Below, piece by piece: positions 52,870 through 64,000 of a stretch of 64,000 nucleotides of DNA (position 1 is the first letter of the stretch; every line of letters starts with the position of its first letter). The position numbers were made by a program, and so were the translations under genes. The notes under the pieces were generated by a model. It was not told where the DNA came from and made no database searches. It saw nothing but the letters and a program-made list of their open reading frames with translations. Origin of the DNA: Rhynchobatus australiae (Eukaryota); assembly GCA_034780895.1 (NCBI GenBank), contig JAUZTB010000027.1, positions 42,100,304-42,164,303 on the forward strand. The letters run 5' to 3'.

Positions 52870-53820
52870 GTATATTAATGACTTAAGACTTCAACATAGA
52901 GGACGTTGTATACAAGTTTGAAGATGATAATGATTTGCCATATGGCTGATGCTGAGGAGGAAAGCTTTAGACTGCAGGCAGATGTTGATGGTCTGGTCAT
53001 TTGAGCAGAAAAGAAGCAAGTGGAATATAAGAGAGACAAAAAATTCTGCAGATGCTGGAATCTGGAGCAAGACACAAGAAGTGCTGGAGGATCTCAGCAG
53101 GTCAGGCAGCATCAATGGAGGGAAATAAACAGTTGGCCCAAAACGTCGGGCCGACTATTTATTTCCCTCCATTGATGCAAAGGGCAGTCAATAAGTTGGT
53201 TAAAATGGCATGTGGGATGCTTTTTATTGGCCTAGGCAAACAACACGAGGGTAAAGAGGTTATGCAAGAACTGTACACAACACTTAATAGATGACAGTCC
53301 GAGAACTGTGTTCAGTTCTGGTCATCTTGCAGAAAGATGTTGTTGCACTGAGGAGGGTCCAGAGGAGAATCACAAGGAAAATTGGAGTTTTGGAGAAAGA
53401 TTGGATAAGCCAGAGTTTTCTTTTGAAGAAAGAAGACTGAGGGGAGACTGTGCATAATTCTGTGTTTATAATTGAGGGAAATAGATGGAATAATTGGGAA
53501 GGACTTATTCCCTTCTTTCTCTCAGCAGTGCGATCAATAATCAGGGCCATGTATTTAAAACAACTTTTGGAAGGATAAAAGCAGAGAAAAATATGTTTTT
53601 TAATCCAAAGGGTGATAGGGGTTTAGAACTCTCTGCCTGAAAGGGCTGTAGCGGCAGAAGCCTTCATCACATTTAAAAAGATTGTGATGTGTACTTGCAG
53701 AGTGGTGACTTTCAGGGCAGTGGATCCTGTGCTGGAATGGAGATTAGGCTGCTAGCATTTCATTGACTGGTACAGACACAATGGGTGCTTCCTGTGTTGT
53801 AAAGTTTCAATGATCTCTAA
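52870..53820 (+). mobile_element. Decayed CR1 LINE containing a nested Penelope-like repeat
   Basis: aagtttgaagatgat (KFxDD), RLQADVD and later RRLRG-like motifs with a CR1 tail near 53800; interrupted at about 53030-53178. Confidence 0.7.
53030..53178 (-). mobile_element. Penelope-like terminal repeat with inverted repeat, nested in CR1
   Basis: ctgcagatgctggaatctggagcaagacacaagaagtgctggagg...; gcatcaatggagggaaataaa is inverted as tttatttccctccattgatgc. Confidence 0.8.
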
Positions 53821-55074
53821 GAGAGGCAAGTACGTTAGTGAGTTACCCACATAGTGCCTGGATGTTGCAACCTTTTTAAGCCTGTGGAGGGATATTCACC
53901 ACCAGTTACAGACAAAGAGCCCCTCCCTTTTAGATGTGCAATCATGCATGAAACTGGACTCCGTGTATGTGCCAAGGCAAAAAAAGGGCATGGTTAACGC
54001 TGACCTGGTTGCTGAAATCTAGGGAGAGGGCTGGGAGCTCTAATTTTCTGTGTGTCCTGCACCAAATCAAATGGGCGTGGATTAATTGTCGCTGTATCTG
54101 GTGTACGTTTTCCAATTCTGTCCAGTTTAGTCTCGAATGTTTCAGCACATGGATGCCCTTTCAACAGTATTGGAAGTAGAACCCACAGGGAATTGGATAA
54201 TATTTTGAAGAACTGAAACTCTAAATAGAATTGGGAAACAACAAGAGAATGGTACTAACTGAGGACAGGCCTTTGAGAACTGGCACAGCTACGGTGAACT
54301 GAACACCTCTCTTGGTGCATTATAATTCTGAGATTCTGGATTTGCAGTCCCTATTTTACAGGTATACTCGCTACATTTTCCTGAATGTTATTTGAGAAGG
54401 AAATGTACTTTTGTACATCATAGGGGCTTAAGCTCTTCCAGGTAATTAAAATTTTATAAAAGTGGGACTATAACCTTTTCATGCCTTTTTCACATCGCTT
54501 TGTTGCTACAGGTTAGACGTTTTGCTCATTTATGAACTGGACATAAAAGATCAGTGAGGATGCTTTTAGCACAAATGAATTGGAGGGCGCGAGAGTGGGA
54601 AGCTTTTGTTTGCTGCTGCTATTTTGATATTCCCAGTTAGTTTAGGCATTATTAATGAAATGTATTCTTTAATGTAGAGACAGGTTTATTTGCTAAGAGA
54701 TTCAGAGAACCATGCATTGCTTGTCATGGTTGACCATGTGAAGTTGGTGCTCCTTTCTGGGATCTGTTGGGCATTTTCAGCATGAAAAGGTGATGGGCAG
54801 GAAAGGTTGTATGTCAAGAAGTGAAGCAACACTGCACCTGATATTACTAGCATCAAGTAGCTTTGTTAAGGGAGTACTAATGTTATATATTTGCATGATG
54901 ATGGGCTAACTCATCTGAGCAGTGCAGTTGTGCTGAGGTTGTCACAATGATAGCAATAAGCACAACTCTCTTGATAACAGCTACAAGCTTTTGTAGGTGG
55001 GGGTTTCTGATTAATGCACTGTGGAAGCACTGAGAGAGAGAGTACATGTGAAAGAGAACATGAGCTTTGGTGTA

Positions 55075-55294
55075 CAGGTCCTCCCCACCTTGTGAACACT
55101 GACTTATATACAAGCCCATACATTCGAATGAGCACTTGGGAGACCAGCGGAATGGATTTGCCGGCTGCTGTGGGGCTGCAGGCACCTTCTGCCATGTGGG
55201 AACTTAGTTCGCTGCCACAATTCTGATTTGAAAACTGTTCGGGTTATGAACAGTTCAAGGGAACATAACCCTGCCGTGACCTAGGGACGACCTA
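55075..55294. mobile_element. Tigger/pogo-like MITE, near full length
   Basis: TA followed by caggtcctccccacct at the left end; gacctagggacgaccta at the right end (degenerate inverted repeat); no ORF. Confidence 0.7.
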
Positions 55295-55371
55295 TGTTGA
55301 ACACCGTTGGGAGCGTTGTAAAACACAGTGTGTGGTTTGCATGGTCAGGAGTTGAAATGTATTAGTTTTAA

Positions 55372-55509
<138 letters not shown>

Positions 55510-55590
55510 TAAGTTCCAAGGGATCTTGAACATAGCAATAACATTGCTTCTGCTTGGATAGCAATGGACAACTTCAACTCGTGTCCTCTG

Positions 55591-56049
55591 TAAGATAAGA
55601 TTTCTTTATTAGTCATGTGTACATCGAAACACACAGTGAAATGCGTCTTTTGTGTAGTTTTCTGGGGGCAGTCCACAAGTGTCGCCACGCTTCTGGTGCC
55701 AACATAGCACGCCCACAACTTCCTAACCTGGACGTCTTTGGAATGTGGGAGGAAACTGGAGCACCCGGAGGAAACCCACGCAGACACGGGGAGAACATAC
55801 AAACTCCTNNNNNNNNNNNNNNNNNNNNNNNNNNNNNNNNNNNNNNNNNNNNNNNNNNNNNNNNNNNNNNNNNNNNNNNNNNNNNNNNNNNNNNNNNNNN
55901 NNNNNNNNTGTGGGAGGAAACTGGAGCACCCGGAGGAAACCCACGCAGATACGGGGAGAACGTACAAACTCCTGACAGACAGCGGCCGGAATTGAACCTG
56001 GGTTGCTCGTGCTGTAATAGTGTTACACTAACCACTACACTGCCATGCC
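55591..56049 (-). mobile_element. Young tRNA-derived V-SINE with Rex/Babar-like tail
   Basis: Minus strand: head ggcatggcagtgtagtggttag (A box), ggttcaattcc (B box), V core gggtttcctccgggtgctccagtttcctcccaca, tail gtacacatgactaataaagaaatcttatctta. Many CpGs retained; core repeated on both sides of an N gap. Confidence 0.85.
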
Positions 56050-56649
56050 TGCTCTGCTTACTGGTGTTTAGAATTATGAGGTCTCTTTGAGACGTAAAAA
56101 GTTCTGAGAGGGATTGGCTGGGTAAATGCCAGGATGCCGATTCCTCTAGACAAAGAGTCTAGATTGGGAGAGTAGTTTGAGTAGTTAAGAGACTATAGGG
56201 AAGAGTAATTGTAATACAATTTTTATGTTAAAGATCAAATGTGATTTAGTTTGATCTGAAATCAGAGTTTTAAAACTAAACAAAGTAAACTACAAAGGCA
56301 TGAGGTGTGAGTTAGCTCTAAAACTAAATTTAAACTCAGTTTTCAAATATAATGGACAAGCAATTTCCAACATTTATGGAATTAATATATAGTTTACAAC
56401 TAATAAATATCCCTTTAAGGTACAAAAACCCAGGAGGAAAACCAGTCAGTCTATAATGAGAAGTTAGATATAGTATTAGATCAAAGAACGGGGCTAAAAA
56501 TGTTGTCAAAAAAGTAGTTGGCCTGAGNNNNNNNNNNNNNNNNNNNNNNNNNNNNNNNNNNNNNNNNNNNNNNNNNNNNNNNNNNNNNNNNNNNNNNNNN
56601 NNNNNNNNNNNNNNNNNNNNNNNNNNNGAGGATTGGAAAAAAAATGTGT

Positions 56650-57000
56650 TCTGCAAAAGGAATTAAAGGAAAGGAAAAGAAAAATGCAAGAGTAATCTAG
56701 TAAGAAGCATAAAAACAGACTAAAAAAGCTTCTTTTTATGGATTATCTAATAAGATTAGCAAAAGTTAATGTGGATCACTGAAAGACTGGGGCAAGATCA
56801 ATTATACTGGGGAATAAAGAAATGGCAGAAGAATTAAACAAATATATAGTGTCTTTCTTAAGAAAGTCATGGAAAACCCAGAAATAATGGAGAGAGCTGG
56901 GTCGAGAGTGAATGGGGAACTGAAAGAAGTTAATGTTAATTAAAAAGACAGTATTGAGAGAAGTGAATGGAACTGAAAGGCAGTGTATCCCCAGCACCTG
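56650..57000 (+). mobile_element. CR1 LINE internal fragment
   Basis: ataaaaacagactaaaaaagcttc (IKTDxKSF-like) and gggaataaagaaatggcagaagaattaaacaaatat (GNKEMAEELNKY). Confidence 0.65.
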
Positions 57001-57231
57001 CCGAGGTAGCAGTGAGTGCAGCTTGAAAGATATCGAGAGATCAGCAATGTAACAGAGGCCGTACAGTTTGGGTATACGGTGGGTGTGGATTAGAAATAAA
57101 GAGGGAGGTTGGGTTGAGTATAAGGAGGTGTAGATACATTCCTTGGCCAATTATTCTTTTATCTCTCTCATTTTCCATTATTTGTTCTTGCTAATGACTA
57201 TAGACAGTTTGAGTATTTTGTGTTTCCACAG

Positions 57232-57327
57232 CCANNNNNNNNNNNNNNNNNNNNNNNNNNNNNNNCCTCATGGTGCGACTGTGAAACGCATGTACATTTA
57301 CACTGCAAACAGCCTGCAGGACACAAA
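57232..57327 (+). CDS. PHAF1: PHAF1 coding exon 7 (partly masked by an N gap)
   Basis: tttccacAG|CCA(P), 31 Ns, then [20 protein letters not shown]+AA|GTAAGC; the recalled human exon reads [33 protein letters not shown]. Confidence 0.93.
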
Positions 57328-58372
57328 GTAAGCAAACTACCACAGAAAGAAGTTTCCATGCAGTTGTTTTCCTGATTTGTTTAGCTTCTCCAAACCATCA
57401 AATGCTCATTGGGAAGAAGCTTGCTAGAGATGAATTTAGTATTTGTCAAAATGTCTTTAGCCCAATAATTCAGTCATGTAACCCTCTCTTAATATTAAGC
57501 ACTATACAGGGAATAGCAGGTTATTTCTGGAGTGGAGCACAGTTTGAGGTTGAATTGTGCCGATAGAAATCCAAATGACCAATGTGGTTCTGAATCACAG
57601 CTGTGCCAGGAAGACTATTTCTGCCTCAGATGTACAGCCACAGCGGCACATTTTACAGGGACATTCCAGCCATGCACTAAGAACCTTTTTCAAAAAGGTC
57701 CCTGTATTGTAATGTAATTTATTGACTGGCCCCAACCTGACCCTGAAATCACTTAATTACCATATTCACTCCCTTCAAATCAGCTCCATAACCATGCCTC
57801 CCAAATCAGAACCCTAATTCACAACTCCCTTGTCCCCCACAAGTCCAGATCAGACATCCTACCCTGACTCCCAGGAGTCCCTGAGACAACCAGAGTGGTG
57901 CAGTTTACAAAGACAAGTATGTGAAAACCTTCCAGTAATATCCAATACCTGGGGCACCCCTTGCTGCAGAATTTGCAACTGAACTGAATGCTGGTGAAGA
58001 GCAATTTACATCTTTAACATAAATGCCTGAAACTGTGCCGGTTGTTGCACAATCCAGGTTGCTGGCTGGCTGCTCCTTTAAAGGGCAGTGTATTTTTATG
58101 ACAGTCCCACAGCTGCAAGATAGCAATTAAAACCTAGCTTTGGTAGCTTCTACTTGTTTGGCTTGTACATTAATGAGTCTTGTCCAGTAAAACATTCCAT
58201 GCTAACTAAAAGCAAGCTCCGTAAGCTGAATGCGCACTCAAGATGCTAATATTCGTTAAAACTGTTCCCTGGACGATAGTCAAAAAAAATGATGGAACTC
58301 TACAATGTCAATAACCATCTGAAAAGAATAATTTATTTATCAATGAAGTTTCCTGAAATACCTACATAGTGA

Positions 58373-58567
<195 letters not shown>

Positions 58568-59534
58568 TGAAGGATGCAAATGATACTGTATTTGCTCTGT
58601 TTAGTGCATAACAATTGGAACTAACTCCCAGTGTATGAATGTGACAAAACTAGGATTGTAAATGTGTATCATTGCAATACAAAATAGAATGGCACAGGAT
58701 GATGGAGTGGGAACAGTGGTGTTAATCACTGCAGTTATCTGTACTGCCTGAAACAAATCATGGGTGTTGTCTTAAATGGATGCAGTCTACCTGATAAATG
58801 TTTATGCAGCTTGGTTTTGTTTTCCCTACAACAGGCTGCATTAGGGTTAAGTTGTAAGTCATTGAGTTGTGGAACAATTGTCACTCTTGTGTTTGCTATT
58901 TTTAGGGTTGGGATCTTGCATGACTTGGGAATCAGCATGACTCAGTAACTTTCAATCAGATATTTGAGATTTGAACCCCTTTGCCAAACTTGTGTTTAAT
59001 ATTGATTGGCTTTAGTGAAGCGCTAAGGAAATTAGCAGAGCTGTCATCCTTTGAGGATTTCCATCTACCTGTTCTGGTAATTGAAAGAGATTTTCAAGCT
59101 CCAGCGGTGGTAACAGTGGCACTATACATGACATTGTACTATGTATAACCGTCGGCATCACAGTGCTTCAAAGTCATTCAGGTACTGAATTTTGGTATGT
59201 TTAGGATATGATACAACTTCCTCCTGCTCTGGGCTAGGTGCTTTACTATTTACACAATGCCATCCTTCACCTGCTCACTGATCTGCTTCCCACCATTGTA
59301 TGTTGGAATGAAATGCTGGCAAAATTTGAGAGTTTAAGTAATAAGTGATTCCACTTACAAGCCAACTCTTATTGTTATGTGGATGTGTATTCAAATTCCC
59401 TTGGAAAGGCTACTCTTTAAAACATGGCTCCTAATGTAAATGCAGGTTGTATTGTGATCGCTTCCTGGATTAAGTTTCTCAGCAAAAGGCAGTTGCCATT
59501 TCCAGGATACTACTGTGAAATTGAAATTTTAATA

Positions 59535-59950
59535 AAATTGCAGATGATGAAAATTTGAATTAAAAACAGAACGTACTGGAAATACTCAGCAGGTTAGGCA
59601 GCATCTGTGGAGAGAAAAGCAGAGTTAATGTTTCAGGTCAATCACTCCTCAGGACAGCAAAAGAGAGGGGAAAAAGTGTGTTTCAAGTTGCAGAGGGAGA
59701 GGGTAGAGAGAGAGAGAGAAGGGCATCTCTGTTGTAGGGTGGAGACAAAGGTTTTCTTGCTGACACAGTGTTTTCAGAGCCATCTGGTTAATGGGTAAAT
59801 GGGGAATACAAAAAAGAACATGCTGGAACTGCAAGATGCGAAACATAGTGGATGTTGGGAATCTAAAACACAAAACAATGCTGGAAGTACCCAGATGATC
59901 AGGCAGCACTTGTGGAGAGAGGAAACACTGAGCTAAGGTGGATGACCTTG
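59535..59950 (-). mobile_element. Two tandem decayed Penelope-like terminal repeats
   Basis: ttgcagatg...ctggaaatactcagcaggttaggcagcatctgtggagagaaa...gtttcaggtc (59535-59655) and a second copy gatgttgggaatct...tcaggcagcacttgtggagaga (about 59845-59950). Confidence 0.7.
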
Positions 59951-62679
59951 GGATAGATGGCCANNNNNNNNNNNNNNNNNNNNNNNNNNNNNNNNNNNNN
60001 NNNNNNNNNNNNNNNNNNNNNNNNNNNNNNNNNNNNNNNNNNNNNNNNNNNNNNNNNNNNNNNNNATGAGCTTATGTTGCCAAAGAAAACTCTTCTTCCA
60101 GCTAGGCATGTTGCCTAGGTATGTCTGAATAGTTTCAGTCAAGCTTTAGAGGGAAGGTTAGTTTGTATAATTTTTGTAATAACTCACAAACCTATAGAGT
60201 TTTGAACTGAAGTCGCTGAGATTTTGAATTTGTCTTGAAGTGAAGCTTTGGGTCCCCCTGCTGGTTCAGGTGAGTAACTGTATTGTGTGGGGAGGTCTTG
60301 CATCACATCTTAACAATGTAATGTTTATTGCTCAGTCTGGGCTGAATTTGCTATCCTTCCTAATGGTTGGCAGTGTAGATGCAATACTGAATTTGCACCT
60401 CTGCCTTTGGAAGTATAAAAACACATCTCTCTTGTAGTCTTTAGCAAGTCTGGTGAGTCTAGATGCAAATCCACAAGCATGACATAGGCAGGATTTGGCA
60501 CAGCTGTGACAGCTCCTGTGGTTATTTGGGAAGAAAGTGCAGGTGCTTTGGAGAAATGAAGTGAGGGAGCCCTTTTTCTAGTTTGGAATTATACCCAAGT
60601 ATGAATAACTGCATTCAGAAAAAGTAAGGATAGAAACTTAAGAGAAAAAAATAATACAAAGTATTTATTCAGGTGGAAATACCAAGTTCAGTGACCCAAA
60701 AACTGGTAATATATCATATCCTTTTGAAGAATGTTTTCTTTAAATGATGGTAGAATGGTTATAATAACTTGTGATGTGATGCTGAACCCCCTGAACTTGA
60801 AGTTCCACGTCCAGACGCTGAGTTGGCTTGCCTCTGAAAGGATGACAGTGAAACACTTTGTCGTTGGTTCCTGTGTCCTTATGACTGAAGCAGGGATTGA
60901 GTTCTGAACAGCTTTTGTCTGATGTGCATGAATGCTCTGGAAATGCAAGGGAAACGTTAAGGACAAAAGAAATCATTTTGTGTGCTAACTCTTAATGTAC
61001 TCATATCCCTCTGTGTTAGCTGCTACTCTAATGTTTTTTTTCTCTCATGCCCTACACAGCAGATTACTCCGAATGTTTATTATTTTGATGCCTTCTTCCA
61101 GATCCATCTAAATATTTAATGGCCTCTGCATCTTTCAATATTTGCTTTGTAGTGTTGGTGTGAGTTTATATATTTATGTACAGCCATCATATTTTGTGTG
61201 CTTCACTGAAGCTCTATATGGCTTTTCTAGGCTGGAGAGCTGGTGTTGCTCTTAAGGGAAAGAAATTAATTAGTGTACATTAAATATTGAATTGTTGGAT
61301 AAATGCATATAATCATTGAGAGATTATCCCAACAGAAAAGCTTTTAATTTTCTGTAAAGTGGAAAATAACTTGAGTGACAATTCAGGAAAGTGATCCTTC
61401 GAAAGCAAATCCTGTTTCCTGTGAATTTGCACCTTGCCTATTTTGGTACACCTGTGTCTAGGTTGCCAAATGCCTTCCTGGTTTGTAATTTTGAGTTCTA
61501 CACAATATTGCTGGGATAGAATGCTATTGCTTATTCTGGAAGGAGGACATATCTCCTTGCAGAGAATCCCCAGAGTCCCAGGTCACATGATTTTCATGAC
61601 AATGTTGGCATGGTTACTAACTAATGGTTGCTGAGTGAGAGACCACAGAGTGCGGAAGATAAGACTGGTGTGTATCAGCTTCCAAGCGTGTATTCCACAT
61701 CAGTAGCCTTCGCTGCTGGGTTCCTTCTGGAATCACTCGTAGGGCTGGGTGTTAAATAGTATATGCATATTCAGACTGGTTCATTAGAGGAACAGGGAAA
61801 AAGTTCACCCATCAGGTATGTCTTCGCTGAAGTAGAAATCCACCATTCACTGTGTTTGCGTTTCCTGTTTCCATTTGCTGCTCTATTTTCCCAGGTTGAA
61901 CTAAATAGAATATCCATTGGGGGTAGCGTCACATTCAGAGCTTGCGCCATTGCAGTTTCAGATTCAATGTCAACTTCCGTCAAAACCTCAGTCAATCTTC
62001 CTTCCGCCTCTGGGGAGGATCACTCCCGCCTCCAGGAAGGGTCACTGCAGCTGCTGAGCCTGGTCAGTTTTCTGAGATTGAAGAGAAATGACCCAGAAAA
62101 AGTGTGTTGGGTTCCATTCTGAAGTTTGTACATGTTCAATTGCATCACACTGAAATAATCAGTGTTGCAGAACCTGATTTCTAGACCCATGTTTCTTTGC
62201 CAAAACAACATGGCATTTACAAAAGTTTATTAACACACTTGAGAAAGTTATCCATCAAAACTAACACCAGGTCCCTTTCATTTTCCTCACATTTCAAAAT
62301 GCTGGGCTGGCCCTGATTCTGAAGACTGAAATTTAGCTCAGTCATGTTTATACGACAATTCCATTCACGTATTTTCTTCCTAATTTTCGTCAAAATAAGC
62401 CAAATCTCTGGCCTTGTATTTCTCATTTTCCCTTTTTAAAGTGTTATCTGTCCTACCAAAGTGATAGCCATCTCCACAAGTCTTTCTTCCTTTCATTCAA
62501 GCAAGCGTATAACTTAAACAGCACTGACTTAGAGCTCCACATATGCAAATTTAGGTGTATATGACTTGATTAAATACTTCAAATACAACAATCAATCAAG
62601 ACAAAGTGTAGAAAGGATCCATCTGATTTCCTAAAATTTATCTTTGCTAGCCCATTCCTCATGGAAGATTATAGAGATT

Positions 62680-63110
62680 TAATTTCATTTTTTGGGGTCC
62701 AGGCGTTGTGGGCAAGGCCAGCATTTACCGCCCATTGGTACTTCCCCTTGCAAATGCAGCAGTGAGCCACCTTCCAGAACCACTGCTGTCCTTCTGGTGC
62801 AGATACTTCCATAATGATGCTGGGGAGGGAGTTCCAGCATTTACAGCCAATGATGCAGGAACAGCAATACATATCCAAGTCAGAATGGTGTGCAAAATGA
62901 AGAGGAACATATAAGTGGTGTTCCCATCTGCCTGCTGCCCTTGTCCTCCTCAGTGGTAGAGGCTGTAGGTTGAGGAGGTGTGGTGAGAACAACTAAGATG
63001 AGTGACTGCAGTGAATTTTGTTTATGGTTAACACTGCCACTCTGTTGCAGTAGCAGAGGGAACGAATGTATAGCTGAATTTTAAATTTCCAGAGCTTCGA
63101 TGGTGGAATT
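62680..63110 (-). mobile_element. Non-LTR retrotransposon 3' end (family shared with 24550-24850 and 29230-29710)
   Basis: Reverse complement reads ctggaactccctccccagcatc...gtggttctggaaggtggctcac...gggcggtaaatgctggccttgccc. Confidence 0.65.
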
Positions 63111-64000
63111 TGAACTTCTAGGGTGTGACGTGTGGAGGAAAGAGACTATACAGGCACATTTGAAAATGTTACATTTTGGGCTTTGGGGAGGTAGATTCAT
63201 GTAGATCAGTGAGCACAGACTGCTGTTGAGTAGGCCTATAGGCATCAGAGTTTTAGACAAACTGGATTGTGGAGTTAGAAGGTGAGAAGTGAGTCAGAGG
63301 AGCAGCAATGTGGTCGGTCTTGATATGGCAAAACATAAATGAACATTTTATCTTTGTTATTCTGGGCACTGATACAGATTGCACATGCTCAACGATCATT
63401 TTGGATCAGACCTTGTAATTTTGCACTGACCTTTGACTATCAGGTCCTATCTGGCTCTGGCAACAAACTTATTGGGGAGCTCCACAGCACATTTTAATTC
63501 CAATCCAGTACATACCTCATAGAGCCTGTGATATATCCCATCCCCACACCAAACTATTTCTATGGTGAAGACCATTAATCTGTGGTTTGCATTGAAAAGA
63601 TGAAAGGAATTACCACAATTTCCAAAGAATTAATGATGCCAATCACTTATTGAAGCAGAATTTGATTTACTCAGATGCAATGCACTTATGGGCCTGATTC
63701 TAAAAAGATAGTTTGGAGCATCTGATCTCTAAGCTGTTGGTAAATAATCCAGGAATTACATGCTTTTTAAAAAAAGATAGAACTTATTTTGAACTGTCGA
63801 CTGATTTAACTGATGATCTCTACAATTGTTAGAACATAGCACAAGGAATTGAATTCCCTTTATACTACTACTTCCAATGTTAGTAGTATACTGTTAGACA
63901 CAGCCTCTAAGATGGTTGGTAGGTCTCATTTTCTGCTAATGTTTATCTAAAGCTGGCATATTAATAGCCTGGTAGTGTATACCTTGGAGATACCCAATTT

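Noticed and set aside
55744-55973. Direct repeat of the SINE core on both sides of a 100-N gap
   Set aside because: Near-identical sequence flanking a round-number gap suggests unmerged overlapping contig ends, not a real tandem array.

Overview
Gap-rich draft vertebrate genomic DNA, most likely a cartilaginous fish (shark/ray; inferred from the CR1/HER1-like LINEs, V-SINE/HE1-like SINEs and Penelope-type terminal repeats). Two + strand protein-coding genes are supported. (1) The last coding exon and probable 3' UTR of CBFB (6342-6407, PRRQDPSPGSNLGSGDELKLR*). (2) The CpG-island promoter and coding exons 1-8 of PHAF1/C16orf70 (17696-58508), all with GT-AG boundaries and matching phases; exon 7 is partly hidden by an N gap and the gene continues past the window. 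The CBFB-PHAF1 order matches human 16q22. Most other sequence is decayed transposons: CR1, Rex/Babar, RTE, another non-LTR family, Penelope-like elements, V-SINEs and Tigger-like MITEs. Best second-look items: hammerhead-ribozyme relics and inverted repeats in about ten Penelope-like ends, a strong-context uORF ahead of a weak PHAF1 start codon, a candidate antisense two-exon ORF and an overlapping poison-exon candidate in PHAF1 intron 8, and a decayed Myb/SANT plus integrase relic between the genes. No demonstrably new biological system is proven by the sequence alone. All homology calls are from recall, not searches, and repeat boundaries are approximate.
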